Below, one piece after another: positions 31,901 to 41,163 of a stretch of DNA of 64,000 bases; positions within the stretch are counted from its first letter, which is position 1; the number at the start of each line of letters is the position of its first letter. This DNA comes from an uncultured delta proteobacterium (GTDB lineage: Bacteria > Myxococcota_A > Polyangia > Fen-1088). A program made the translations under genes and the position numbers. The notes under the pieces were generated by a model. That model was not told the origin of the DNA and searched no databases. It saw only the letters and a program-made list of their open reading frames with translations. The DNA lies in assembly GCA_963767925.1 (NCBI GenBank), contig CAVYGB010000001.1:32001-96000 (forward strand). Direction: 5' to 3'.

Positions 31901-34632
31901 TCGGCGTTGCCCCGCTGCAGGCTCAGCGCCACCAGGCGGGCGGCGTGCAGGCGGAACAGGAGGGGGTTGGTGAACACCGCCGAGGAGGTCATCTGCAGCG
32001 CGGCCTGCAGATCGGGATCGTCGATGAGAGGCAAGTCGGCGATGGCCTCGATGGGGCGGTCGCCCAGCAACTCCTGCACGTGGGCCTGGGCGGCGGCCAC
32101 GTCCGCCTCGGTGGGGGTGGCGGGCAGGTCGATCCCGAACAGCGCCAGGCAGGCCACCTCGGCCGCCACCGCCTCGGCGGGCTGGCCCTGGGCGTTGTGG
32201 GCGTCCCGCTGGAGCAGGAAGGCGCGCACCTTTTCCCGCGGGGTGCGGGCGCGCTCGGCGCCCCGTCGGGCCCGGGCCAGCGCCCCCGCGACGTCGCCGT
32301 CGAGCAGCTCGCACTCGGCGGCGGCCAGCTCCAGGGGGTGGGTCAGGCGGTAAAACGTGCTCCAGGCGGCGTCCGGGTCGGCCTCGCCGGCCGCCCGCCG
32401 AAGCAGATCTACCCCGGCGACGAGGTAGCCCAGGGCCGAGCGGTAGGCGCTGGCCGCCTTGGCCTTGAGGCCGGAGGTCAGGTTCAGCTCGGCCAGCTCC
32501 TCGAGCTCGGCGGGGTGCTCGATGCGGGCCGCCCCCCGGTTCAGGTGGCTCACGATCTCGAACACCGCCTCCGCCCGCTCCGCCTCCGGCGTGTGGGCCA
32601 GCAGCAGGCGGCCGACCCGCAGGTGCACCTGCGGGCGCTCCTCCTCGGGGATCGAGGCGCCGGCCGCCTGGCGCACCCGATCGTGGGCGAAGCGGTATGC
32701 GCCGGCGCTGCTGGTGAACATGCCCTCGCCGGCGGCCTCGGCCATCAGCTTCTCGATGTCCGCGGTGCGCCGGCGGCAGAGCACGGCCAGGATGGCCCGG
32801 TGGCGCAGGTCGCCCACCACCGCCGCGTACTTCAGCAGCTCCTGCAGGGGAGGGGGCAGACGTTGCAGGCGCTCGAGCAGCAGGTCGACGACGTTGGCGG
32901 TGGTGGGGCGGGCGGCGGCGCGCGCCAGGTCCCAGCGCCAGCGGCCGCTCTCCGCCTCGCGCGCGGCCAGCCCCTCCTTCCACAGGGTGGTGAGGAACTC
33001 GATGGCGAACAGGGGGTTGCCGCCGGTACGATCGTGGACGAGGGCGCCCAGCGCCTCGACCTCGTCATCCAGGCCGCGGCCGAACATGTCCCCGACGAGA
33101 TCGCGCAGGTCTCCGGCCGCCAGCGCGGGCAGGGCCACGGTCTGCAGGCGCGCCGCCCGCTGCAGCTCGGCCAGGGCCAGGGCCAGCGGGTGCTCCTCGC
33201 CCACCTCGTTGTCCCGGTAGGCCCCCAGCAGCAGCAGCCCGCGCGGCTCGTCCTCGCCGGCGAGCTGCACCAGCAGGCGCAAGCTGGCCGGGTCGGCCCA
33301 CTGCAGGTCGTCGAGGAACAGCACCACCGGGTGCTCGCGGGCGGCGAAGGCGGCGACGAAGTCGCGCAGCACGGTCGAGAAGCGCTGGCGGGCGTCGGCG
33401 GGCGACAGCTCCTCGACGGGTGGCTGCTCGCCGAGGATGAGGGTGAGCTGGGGGACGAGATCGGTGATCAGGCGCCCGTTGCCGCGCAGGGCGCCCAGCA
33501 GCCGCTGGCGCCAGGACGCGATGTGGGCGTCGCTCTCGGCCAGCAGATCGCCCACCACCTGGCGGACGGCCTGCACCACGGTGGAGTAGGGGACCTCCCC
33601 ACCCAGGGGATCGAACTTGCCGGCGAGGAACCGCCCGCCCGCCTCGAGCACCGGCTCTTGCAGCTCGTGCGCCAGCGAGGTCTTGCCCGCCCCGGCCGGG
33701 CCCCGCAGCAGCAGCACCTCCGGCGCTCCGCCCGCGGTGATCCGCCGCCAGGTCTGGCGGAGGGTGGCTCGCTCGTGCAGCCGCCCGTGCAGGTGGGTGG
33801 GGGCGACGGGGTGGTCGGCGCCGTCGCGCTCGGCCAGCGGGAAGCCCTCGATGCGTCCGGACGCCTGCCAGTCCGCCCGGCAACGCGCGAGATCGCGGGC
33901 CAGCCCGGCGGCGCTCTGGTAGCGCTCGGCGGCGTTCTTGGCCAGCAGCTTCATCAGCAGGCGGGCCACTTGCGCGGGGACGCTCCCTTCGAGCGGGCGG
34001 GGCGCGCGGGCGACGTGGCAGTGGATCCACCCCACCGGATCTTCGGCGACGAAGGGCAGGCGGCCAGCCAGCGCCTGGTAAAAGGTGATCCCCAGCGCGT
34101 ACAGATCGGCCCGGTGGTCGACCGGCCGGTCGAGGCGTCCGGTCTGCTCGGGGGCGAGGTAGGCGTATGTGCCCGCGCCGCTGATGCCGAAGTCGATGAT
34201 CCAGGCGCGGCCCGCCTCCTCGTCGACGAGGAGGCAGCCGGGCTGCAGATCCTTGTGCAGGATGCCCTGCCGGTGCACCTGGGCCAGCGCCTCGGCGATG
34301 GGCACCGCCAGGCGCAGGAAGCGATCCACCTCGAGGGGCCCGGTCAAGGCGGCCAGGGGTCGACCGCCGAGGTCTTCGTAGACCAGGGCCGGCAGCCCCT
34401 GGAAGCGATCCAGCCCCAGCGGCCGGGGGGCGCCAGCGCCGGCCAGCTCCTCGGCGATCCGCCGCTCGCGCTCCAGCCGCTCGACGTCGCGAGGGAGGGC
34501 GTGGCGGGGCCCCAGCACCTCGAGGAGGACGCGTTGTTCATCCGCGTCGCGGGTCCCGCGATAGATGATCCGCCGCTCGGAGGCCAGCAAGGTCTCGGTG
34601 ACCGAATACACCCCACGCTGCTCCGCAGCCAT
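28984..34632 (-). CDS. Multidomain sensor: Ser/Thr kinase-like, AAA ATPase, two GAF domains, histidine kinase
   Basis: HKDLQP/DFG/APEQTGR, GPAGAGKT, FLDDLQWAD, GGNP, LYLEN, ASHELNTPL, NLLSNAMKF, DQGIG, GLGLGL. Confidence 0.93.
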   Translation of the reverse strand: MAAEQRGVYSVTETLLASERRIIYRGTRDADEQRVLLEVLGPRHALPRDVERLERERRIAEELAGAGAPRPLGLDRFQGLPALVYEDLGGRPLAALTGPLEVDRFLRLAVPIAEALAQVHRQGILHKDLQPGCLLVDEEAGRAWIIDFGISGAGTYAYLAPEQTGRLDRPVDHRADLYALGITFYQALAGRLPFVAEDPVGWIHCHVARAPRPLEGSVPAQVARLLMKLLAKNAAERYQSAAGLARDLARCRADWQASGRIEGFPLAERDGADHPVAPTHLHGRLHERATLRQTWRRITAGGAPEVLLLRGPAGAGKTSLAHELQEPVLEAGGRFLAGKFDPLGGEVPYSTVVQAVRQVVGDLLAESDAHIASWRQRLLGALRGNGRLITDLVPQLTLILGEQPPVEELSPADARQRFSTVLRDFVAAFAAREHPVVLFLDDLQWADPASLRLLVQLAGEDEPRGLLLLGAYRDNEVGEEHPLALALAELQRAARLQTVALPALAAGDLRDLVGDMFGRGLDDEVEALGALVHDRTGGNPLFAIEFLTTLWKEGLAAREAESGRWRWDLARAAARPTTANVVDLLLERLQRLPPPLQELLKYAAVVGDLRHRAILAVLCRRRTADIEKLMAEAAGEGMFTSSAGAYRFAHDRVRQAAGASIPEEERPQVHLRVGRLLLAHTPEAERAEAVFEIVSHLNRGAARIEHPAELEELAELNLTSGLKAKAASAYRSALGYLVAGVDLLRRAAGEADPDAAWSTFYRLTHPLELAAAECELLDGDVAGALARARRGAERARTPREKVRAFLLQRDAHNAQGQPAEAVAAEVACLALFGIDLPATPTEADVAAAQAHVQELLGDRPIEAIADLPLIDDPDLQAALQMTSSAVFTNPLLFRLHAARLVALSLQRGNAEGSVFWYGCHGFILAGMDQIETGHRFATAALALADKHGFTSMRGQARFCLAQTAFWARPLAEARAHTAAALEAWRGGGLSTGVALATLQEVQAALVAGEPLDRVAERAQIARDRLRRLGFRYLEDICALLAQMIRALQGHTSGPGALADAGFDEVAFAARIEPGRLRRATCLYHLVRARLQLLAGDGPAALPAIEEAAALAWTVAGNLAAAELTVTHALVLASVFERGTPAERERWMLTLTGHQARLGAWAEANPASFHHLHALVRAEIARLTGRLQEATEHYQASLEAAAAGGFVQDEALAYELAAGVREAQGLTAMADLYRMEARARYLRWGATGKVRALDRRYPHLAAETSVAAPAPVLINPQQIDLLSVIKASQAISREVIPRNLLHTMMEVLLAQSGATAGVLLLPRAGSLAVEAMARVEGDRLEVRIDPALADAKRPPLPESILRFSWRTREAVVLDDACAERRFADDGYVRGWRPRSVLCLPVFKQTELAALLYLENRALPGVFTPERVTTIGVLAGQTAISLENSRLFQRLSGEVDERKRAEASLRFLADAGDTLAETLDYDATLNRLARLAADELADWCVLDVLESPGEVRRVAAAHRDPAREPSLLKLREEQARNGPPRYAIDLMERGVAYLVFPDLAAALAGWGYDAASIADIGALGSRSALLLAMRARGRLLGTMALVSAAPFSSEGPATLTVAQELARRAAVAVDNARLYREAQEAIRLRDEFLTIASHELNTPLATLRLMVEGLQDGILDTAPELLPRAVHIINRQTRRLVGLVSELLNVTHISAGPVQLDLAPVDLAAVVGNVADRIGPELRRTRCTLTVRGERSVTGLWDRSRLEQILTNLLSNAMKFGAGRPIEINLQVVDGRARLVVADQGIGIPADQLPRIFDRFSRAVLASHYGGLGLGLHIVTQIVNALGGTVSARSQIGAGAIFTVELPLAGAPLPLPPATAPLQGEERP

Positions 34633-35045
34633 GCTCGCTAGCCCGTCGCCTCCCCGGTGCCCATGCCCCTGTCCACGTCGTCTCGCCGACTATGAGAATG
34701 CCGAGCGGCGCGACCACCCGTGTGGCAGGACCGGAAATTCTAGATGAAGGTGAACGCCATACGGCTCTCCGGGCGACGGCTCGCAGCAGCCGCGCAAGAT
34801 TTTCCACGGAGGCCGTTCCGGTGCGCAGGGCGAACCGGCGCAGGCGCCGAGCACGCCGCCGCGGTGATGCCCACGTCGCGGGGAGGTGAGCGGCGGCGCG
34901 CGCCATGGCGGCGGCGGGGTGAAGTCGTCGGGGCGGTAGTGCTCCATGAGCCCCAGGTCGTCCGAGGATGGCACGTCTCCTGTCGGCCGTCGTCAACTCT
35001 CTGGCAAACCGAGTGATCGACCTCAGTTCGTGCGAAAATGCCGGG

Positions 35046-36308
35046 ATGGCCATGGCTGATCACGGGCTGCGGGTGCGCCTCCGAGGTCGAGGGACGAGCG
35101 GGAGGCTGCTCGCGGCGCTCGCGGTCGTGCTCGGCGCCCAGGCTCTCCCGGGGCAGGTGGCCGCGGGGGATCCGGGGCCGATCCCCCAGCGGGCCCCGCT
35201 GGGTGTGAGCTACTCGGGGTGGAAGGGGGGGTTCACCGACGTGGCCCAGCGGCTCGACACCTTCCGGGCGGTCGGCTTTTCCCTCGTCACCTTCATCCCG
35301 GCCTACGCCTACGTGGGGCGCAACCGGATCGACCTCGCCTCCGGCCCCACCCCCGAGGAGCTGGGGCGGGCGGTCGAGCTGGCCCTGCGGGGCGGGCAGT
35401 CGGTCGTCATCAAGCCCCACCTCGAGCCGCTGCTGTACATGCCCGGCTACCAGCGGGCGCTGTCGGACAACCATAGCTGGCGGGCCGAGACCGGCTGGCG
35501 GGGCTTCTTCGACGTCGACCCCATGACCGACGACTACCGGGAGGGGGTGGTGCTCAGCGGCCTGCGCGTGCTCGGGCGGGTGTTCGAGCGCCTGGGGCCG
35601 GAGGGGGCGCGGGTGCCGCCGGTGCGCTTCGATCTGGGGGCCGAGCTGATGAACTCGATCGTCGAGTTCCCCGGAGGGTGGGAGCGCCTGCTGGGCGCCG
35701 CCCGGGTCGAGCAGCGCCGCCTGAAGCTGGAGGGCCGGGTGCTCCTTTCTCACAACTTCTCCCACCACTTCGCCATCCTCGAGGACCAGGTCGAGCGGAT
35801 GGACCCCCGCGCCCGCCGGGCCCTCCGCCGCTACATCGTGGGCCTCGACGCCCTGGCCATCTCCCAGTACATGGACCTCACGGTGGCCGTCCCGGTCAGC
35901 GAGCGGCTGCCCGCCCTGGCGCGGCTGCCGACCGCCGACGAGGTGGCGGAGGCGCTGCGCACCCACGAGCGCGACCTCCGGCGGGTGATCTTGCAGGACG
36001 GGCTGGGGATCCGCCCGGCCCAGGTGCCCCCCTTCCACATCGGGGAGTTCGGGGTGGGCAGCGGCGGCCTGCGCCACCCCAACCTGTGGGGTCCCCTCGG
36101 CACGCCCGAGCAGGAGAAGGCCCGGGCCCTCGAGGTGGCCCGCGGCCACGAGGGGCTGATCCGCTACCTGTCGCAGCCGCAGGGGCGCACCGCCCGCAGC
36201 GCGGTCCTCTGGGTCACCGGCACCCACTTCGACGTCTTCGGGTGGCGCAACCCGGCCTGGGCCATCCCCGCCGCCTCGGCGGCCATCTCGGAGTACGTGA
36301 AGAAATGA
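35046..36308 (+). CDS. Putative secreted TIM-barrel glycoside hydrolase (GH113-like)
   Basis: VVIKPHL, WRG, LGAEL, ISQY, HIGEFG pattern; signal peptide. Family assignment is tentative. Confidence 0.55.
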   Translation: MAMADHGLRVRLRGRGTSGRLLAALAVVLGAQALPGQVAAGDPGPIPQRAPLGVSYSGWKGGFTDVAQRLDTFRAVGFSLVTFIPAYAYVGRNRIDLASGPTPEELGRAVELALRGGQSVVIKPHLEPLLYMPGYQRALSDNHSWRAETGWRGFFDVDPMTDDYREGVVLSGLRVLGRVFERLGPEGARVPPVRFDLGAELMNSIVEFPGGWERLLGAARVEQRRLKLEGRVLLSHNFSHHFAILEDQVERMDPRARRALRRYIVGLDALAISQYMDLTVAVPVSERLPALARLPTADEVAEALRTHERDLRRVILQDGLGIRPAQVPPFHIGEFGVGSGGLRHPNLWGPLGTPEQEKARALEVARGHEGLIRYLSQPQGRTARSAVLWVTGTHFDVFGWRNPAWAIPAASAAISEYVKK

Positions 36309-37582
36309 TCGGGCGGCGGGCCGCCCTGCTGCTCGCGATCGCCCTGGCCCCGGCGGCGGCCGGCGCCGCCCCCGACCCCTTGCCCCGCGGGCGCCCGGAC
36401 GCGCTGGGGGTCTCCTCGGCCCGGCTGGCCCGCATCGGCCAGGTCCTGCAGCAGGAGATCGCCGAGGGGCGCATGCCCGGTGCCGTGGTGGCCATCGCCC
36501 GCCGGGGCAAGCTCATCTACCACGAGGCCTTCGGCTACCTCGACAAGGCGGCCGGCACGCCGATGCCGAAGGACGCGATCTTCTCGATCGCCTCGATGAC
36601 GAAGCCGCTCACCGGGGTGGCGACGCTGATCCTGCAAGAGGAGGGCAAGCTGCACCTGGCCGAGCCGGCCCTCAAGTACCTCCCCGTGCTGGGCAAGATG
36701 CGGGTGGCGGCCGATCCCGCCGCCGCCGACGGGGTGCCGATCCGGACCGTGCCGCCCCGCTCGCCCATCACCATCCAGGATCTCATGCGCCACACCGCCG
36801 GCATGGCCTACGGCTGGGAGGGCAAGACGCCGCTCTACAAGCTGTGGCCCAGCTCGGCCGCCGACTTCGCCCGCGAATTCGAGCCGGCCGAGTTCCTGGC
36901 CCGCCTCGAGGCGCTGCCGCTCATCGACCACCCCGCCTCGGTCTGGGTCTACAGCATCGCCAACGACGTGCTGGGCCTGCTTGTCGAGCAGGTGGCCAAA
37001 AAGTCGCTGGCCGGTCTTCTCGACGAGCGGCTGTTCCGCCCGCTCGGCATGGTCGACAGCGGCTTCGTCGTGCCGCCCGAGAAGGTCCGGCGTTACGCCC
37101 GGGCCCTGGCCAGAGATCCCGAGACCGGCCAGCCGCTCACCGTCACCGACTCGACAAAGCCCCACCGCTGGGCCTGCGGGGGGGCCTGCGCCGTCTCGAC
37201 CGCCGCCGACTACCTGCGCTTCGCCCAGATGTTGCTCGACCGGGGCCGCCTGGGCGGCGCCCGCGTCCTCGGCCGCAAGTCGGTCGAGCTGATGACCAGC
37301 GATCACCTCGGCGGCGAGATCCCCATGCTCGCCGCCCGCACCGACCCCACCCGCCGGGGCAGCGGCTACGGCCTCACGGTCTCGGTGCGGGTCCAGCCCG
37401 GGGTCTCCCCCTTCCTCGGCTCGGTGGGGGAGTTCGGCTGGGGGGGCGCCTACGGCACCCAGTTCTGGGTCGACCCGCGCGAGCAGCTCGTCGTGGTGCT
37501 GATGGCCCACACCCCCGGCACGCAGCGGGTGCACTTTCGCCAGCTCATCGGCTCGCTCGTCCTGCAAGCTCTCGTCGATTGA
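36305..37582 (+). CDS. Serine hydrolase (class C beta-lactamase-like family)
   Basis: FSIASMTKP (SxxK), LMRHTAG, WVYS, PLGM, WGGAYGT; ATGA overlap with the upstream gene. Confidence 0.92.
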   Translation: MIGRRAALLLAIALAPAAAGAAPDPLPRGRPDALGVSSARLARIGQVLQQEIAEGRMPGAVVAIARRGKLIYHEAFGYLDKAAGTPMPKDAIFSIASMTKPLTGVATLILQEEGKLHLAEPALKYLPVLGKMRVAADPAAADGVPIRTVPPRSPITIQDLMRHTAGMAYGWEGKTPLYKLWPSSAADFAREFEPAEFLARLEALPLIDHPASVWVYSIANDVLGLLVEQVAKKSLAGLLDERLFRPLGMVDSGFVVPPEKVRRYARALARDPETGQPLTVTDSTKPHRWACGGACAVSTAADYLRFAQMLLDRGRLGGARVLGRKSVELMTSDHLGGEIPMLAARTDPTRRGSGYGLTVSVRVQPGVSPFLGSVGEFGWGGAYGTQFWVDPREQLVVVLMAHTPGTQRVHFRQLIGSLVLQALVD

Positions 37583-38492
37583 CCCGGATCGAGGTGAGGA
37601 TCGAGCCCCCGAGCAGGGCGAGGATCACCGCCAGCGAGACCCCGATCGGGATGGGGTAAAGCCCCGCCAGCAGCATCTTGATCCCCACGAAGATCAGCAC
37701 GAGCGACAGCCCGATCTTGAGGTGCCGGAACATGCCCAGCATCCCGGCCAGGGCGAAGTAGAGCGAGCGTAGCCCCAGGATGGCGAAGATGTTCGAGGTG
37801 TAGACGATGAAGGGGTCGTTGGTCACCGCGAAGATCGCGGGGATGGAGTCGACCGCGAACACGATGTCGGTGGCCTCGATGGCGACGAGCACCAGCAGCA
37901 GGGGGGTGGCGAAGCGCCGCCCGTTCTCGACCACGGTGAAGCGCCCGCCCCGGTAGTCGGGCACCGAGGGGACCAGGCGCTGGAACAGGCGAAACAGGGG
38001 GTTGCGCTCGGGGTGCACCTCCTGGTTCCGCTGCAGGAGCAGCTTGATGCCGGTGACGAGCAGGAAGATCCCGAACAGGTAGATCACCCAGTGGAAGCTG
38101 CTGAGCAGGGCGGCGCCGAGGGCGATGAACAGCGCCCGCATGACGAGGGCCCCCAGGATCCCCCAGAACAGCACCCGGTGCTGGAGCGCGGCCGGCACCG
38201 AGAAGGCGGAGAAGATCAGCAGGAAGACGAAGATGTTGTCGACCGAGAGCGCCTTCTCGATGACGTAGCCGGTCAGGAACTGCAGGGCGGCGCCCGAGCC
38301 GAACCAGAGATAGACACCCACATTGAACAGCAGGGCCAGCCCGATCCAGACGCCGGTCCAGACCAGCGCCTCGCGCACCTTGACCGGCCGCTGCGCCCGG
38401 TGAAACACCCCCAGGTCGAGGGCCAACATGGCCAGCACGAACGCCGTGAAGCCGATCCAGAGGGCCGGGTTGCCGATGCTCGGGGCGTCCAT
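37545..38492 (-). CDS. TerC/Alx family membrane protein
   Basis: EKALSVDNIFVF, QHRVLFWGILGA, DIVFAVDSIPA, SNIFAILGLRSLYF. Confidence 0.93.
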   Translation of the reverse strand: MDAPSIGNPALWIGFTAFVLAMLALDLGVFHRAQRPVKVREALVWTGVWIGLALLFNVGVYLWFGSGAALQFLTGYVIEKALSVDNIFVFLLIFSAFSVPAALQHRVLFWGILGALVMRALFIALGAALLSSFHWVIYLFGIFLLVTGIKLLLQRNQEVHPERNPLFRLFQRLVPSVPDYRGGRFTVVENGRRFATPLLLVLVAIEATDIVFAVDSIPAIFAVTNDPFIVYTSNIFAILGLRSLYFALAGMLGMFRHLKIGLSLVLIFVGIKMLLAGLYPIPIGVSLAVILALLGGSILTSIRVNRRELAGRASR

Positions 38493-38560
38493 CGGGGGGA
38501 AAGGTGCCGCTCGTGGCACACGTCGACAACTACGAAATTTACGAACAATCTGTCGCTTGC

Positions 38561-39484
38561 ATGAACACGACGCCCCGGCCGCCCCTCGAGTGGCTCAACT
38601 ACCACCATCTGCTCTACTTCTGGATGGTGGCCCGGGAGGGGGGGCTGGTGCCGGCCGCCGCCGTGTTGCGGGTGTCCCACTCCACGGTGAGCGCCCAGAT
38701 CCACGCGCTCGAGCGGGACCTCGGCGAGCGGCTGTTCTCCCGCCAGGGGCGGCGCCTGGCCCTCACCGACATGGGGCAGCTCGTGTACCGCTACGCCGGG
38801 GAGATCTTCAACCTGGGCCAGGAGCTGCTCGACGCCACCCGGGACCGGCCGAGCGGGCGGCCCCTGCGGCTGCAGGTGGGGGTGGCCGACGCCGTCCCCA
38901 AGCTGGTGGCCCACCGGCTGCTCGCCCCCGCGCGCGCGCTGGCCGCACCCCTGCACCTGGTCTGCCGGGAGGGCAGTCAGGACCGGCTGCTGGCCGACCT
39001 GGCGGTGCACGCTCTCGACGTCGTGCTGTCCGAGGCGCCGGTCCCCCCCGGTAGCAGGGTGCGGGCCTTCAGCCACCCGCTGGGCGAGTCGGGGGTGACC
39101 TTCCTGGCCAGCGCCAAGCTGGCGGCGCGGGCCCGGGGGCGGCTGCCTGGCGCTCTCGAGGGGCTGCCCCTGTTGCTGCCCACCGACAACACCAGCTTGC
39201 GCCGGGGCATCGACGAGTGGCTGCACCACCACCAGGTGCGGCCCCTGCTGGTCGGCGAGTTCGAGGACGCCGCTCTGCTGCAGGTGTTCGGCGCCGACGG
39301 CATGGGCGTCTTCCCGGTGCCGACCGTGGTCGAGGAGGAGGTGCGCCGCCACCACCCGGTCCGCCCGGTGGGTCGCACCACCGACGTCAAGGAGCGCTTC
39401 TTTGCCCTCTCGATCGCCCGCCGCCTCGAGCACCCGGCGGTGGTGGCGATCGCCCGCTCGGCCCGCACCGACCTGTTCCGCTGA
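38561..39484 (+). CDS. nhaR: LysR family regulator, NhaR-like
   Basis: WLNYHHLLYFWMVAREG, VGVADAVPK, HPLGES, GEFEDAALL, HPAVVAI; divergent from terC. Confidence 0.85.
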   Translation: MNTTPRPPLEWLNYHHLLYFWMVAREGGLVPAAAVLRVSHSTVSAQIHALERDLGERLFSRQGRRLALTDMGQLVYRYAGEIFNLGQELLDATRDRPSGRPLRLQVGVADAVPKLVAHRLLAPARALAAPLHLVCREGSQDRLLADLAVHALDVVLSEAPVPPGSRVRAFSHPLGESGVTFLASAKLAARARGRLPGALEGLPLLLPTDNTSLRRGIDEWLHHHQVRPLLVGEFEDAALLQVFGADGMGVFPVPTVVEEEVRRHHPVRPVGRTTDVKERFFALSIARRLEHPAVVAIARSARTDLFR

Positions 39485-39614
39485 CGGCGCTGCGAATCCG
39501 GCACGCGCCGGGTCAGCGCGACAGGACAGGCGGGAGATGATATAGGGCTGCCTGTCCGGGACGACTGGGCGGCGGGGTCACCCCCCGGCCCGCCTCGGGG
39601 AGGAGACAACCGCG

Positions 39615-40949
39615 GTGCAAGATCTCACGCAGGGTTCGCTGGCCCGCAACGTCCTGAGCATGTCCGGCTTCATGCTGGTCAGCATGGTCTTCCAGACCCT
39701 GTATTTCCTGGTCGACCTCTACTTCGTGGGCCGCCTGGGGCGGGCGGCCGTCGCGGCGGTGAGCGTGTCGGGCAACCTGACCTTCGTGGTGCTGGCCGCT
39801 ACCCAGTCGCTGGGGGTGGGGACCACCGCCCTGATCTCGCACGCCGTGGGCCGGCGGGATCGCGCGCAGGCCCGCCTGCTGTTCAACCAGTCGCAGGTGC
39901 TGTCGCTGGTGGTGGGGGTGGCCTTCTTCGTGGTGGCGATGGCCCTGCGCGGGCCCTACGCCCGGGCGCTGTCCGCCGATCCCGAGACGGCGCGCCTGAC
40001 CTCCGACTACCTGGGCTGGTTCATCCCGGCGATGGCCCTGCAGTTCGCCCTGGTGGCGAGCAGCGCCGCCCTGCGGGGGACGGGCAACTTCAAGCCGGGC
40101 ATGATCATCCAGACCGGCAGCGTGGTGATCAACATCGTGCTCGCCCCGCTGCTCATCTTCGGCCTCGGCGGCCTGCCGGCGATGGGGGTGGCGGGGGCGG
40201 CCTTCGCTTCGTTCGTGGCGGTGGCCCTGGGGGTGGTGGCGCTGATCGTCTACGTGGTGCGGTCCGAGACCTACCTCGAGTTCGACCGGCCCGACCTGCG
40301 ACCGCGCCTGCACCTGTGGGGGCAGCTCCTCCGCATCGGCCTGCCCGCGGGGGCGGAGTTCGCCCTGATGGCCGTGTACATGGGGGCCATCTACACCGTG
40401 AGCCAGCCCTTCGGGGCGGCGGCCCAGGCCGGCTTCGGCATCGGCCTGCGGGTGATGCAGGCCGGGTTCATGCCGGTGGTGGCCCTCGGCTTCGCGGTCA
40501 GCCCGGTGGCGGGGCAAAACTTCGGGGCCCGCCTGTCCGGGCGGGTGCGCGAGACCTTCCGGGTGGGGGCGCTGATGGCCTGCGGGTTCATGGTGGCCCT
40601 GACCGTGATCTGCCTGCTGATCCCGGAGGCGCTGATCGGCGTCTTCTCGGACGATGTGGAGGTGCGGGCGGTGGGGGGCGAATACCTGCGCATCACCAGC
40701 TTCAACTTCGTGGGCTCGGGGATCATCTTCGTCAGCTCGAGCATGTTCCAGGCGCTCGGCAACAGCGTCCCCCCGCTGGCCAGCTCCTGTCTGCGGATCG
40801 TGCTGGTGGTCATCCCGGCCTTCTTGCTGGCGGGCGTGCCCGGGTTCCAGCTCCGCTGGATCTGGTTCCTCACGGTCCTGTCGGCGAATCTTCAGATGGT
40901 GGTCAACCTGCTGCTCCTGCGCCGCGAATACCGGCGCAAGCTCGACTAG
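39615..40949 (+). CDS. MATE family efflux transporter
   Basis: DLTQGS, VDLYFVGRLG, LRGTGN, GVAGAA, GQNFGA. Confidence 0.92.
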   Translation: MQDLTQGSLARNVLSMSGFMLVSMVFQTLYFLVDLYFVGRLGRAAVAAVSVSGNLTFVVLAATQSLGVGTTALISHAVGRRDRAQARLLFNQSQVLSLVVGVAFFVVAMALRGPYARALSADPETARLTSDYLGWFIPAMALQFALVASSAALRGTGNFKPGMIIQTGSVVINIVLAPLLIFGLGGLPAMGVAGAAFASFVAVALGVVALIVYVVRSETYLEFDRPDLRPRLHLWGQLLRIGLPAGAEFALMAVYMGAIYTVSQPFGAAAQAGFGIGLRVMQAGFMPVVALGFAVSPVAGQNFGARLSGRVRETFRVGALMACGFMVALTVICLLIPEALIGVFSDDVEVRAVGGEYLRITSFNFVGSGIIFVSSSMFQALGNSVPPLASSCLRIVLVVIPAFLLAGVPGFQLRWIWFLTVLSANLQMVVNLLLLRREYRRKLD

Positions 40950-40950
40950 T

Positions 40951-41011
40951 GCGCCGCGCCAGGTCGGCCCGAGCGAAGCGAGGGAACCCGACTACTTCGA
41001 AAACAGTCCCT
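40951..41011. repeat. Extended REP-like family B element
   Basis: GTCGGCCCGAGCGAAGCGAGGGAACCCGACTACTTCGAAAACAGTCCCT directly after the MATE stop. Confidence 0.85.
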
Positions 41012-41163
41012 GGCAGGCCGCCGCGGGCTGACCGCCGCTCGGGCGTCGACCCGACCGGGGCGCGGCAAAAGACGCCGGGGACGCAGATTCAGGAGTTGCT
41101 TGGAGGTCTCCAGCCCCGCCCGGAGCGCATCCTGTCTCCGAACCCCGACGAGGAGGCAGGACC

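Noticed and set aside
29140..34641. 1833-aa plus-strand ORF and similar long antisense ORFs (11178-13820, 45093-47693, 51296-53257)
   Set aside because: Shadow frames of real genes caused by high GC3; no motifs
34690..34974. Small minus-strand ORF (MEHYRPDDF...)
   Set aside because: No motifs and an ambiguous frame; cannot be supported
36305..37582. Beta-lactam resistance gene
   Set aside because: Motifs fit the broad esterase/serine hydrolase family; no KTG triad
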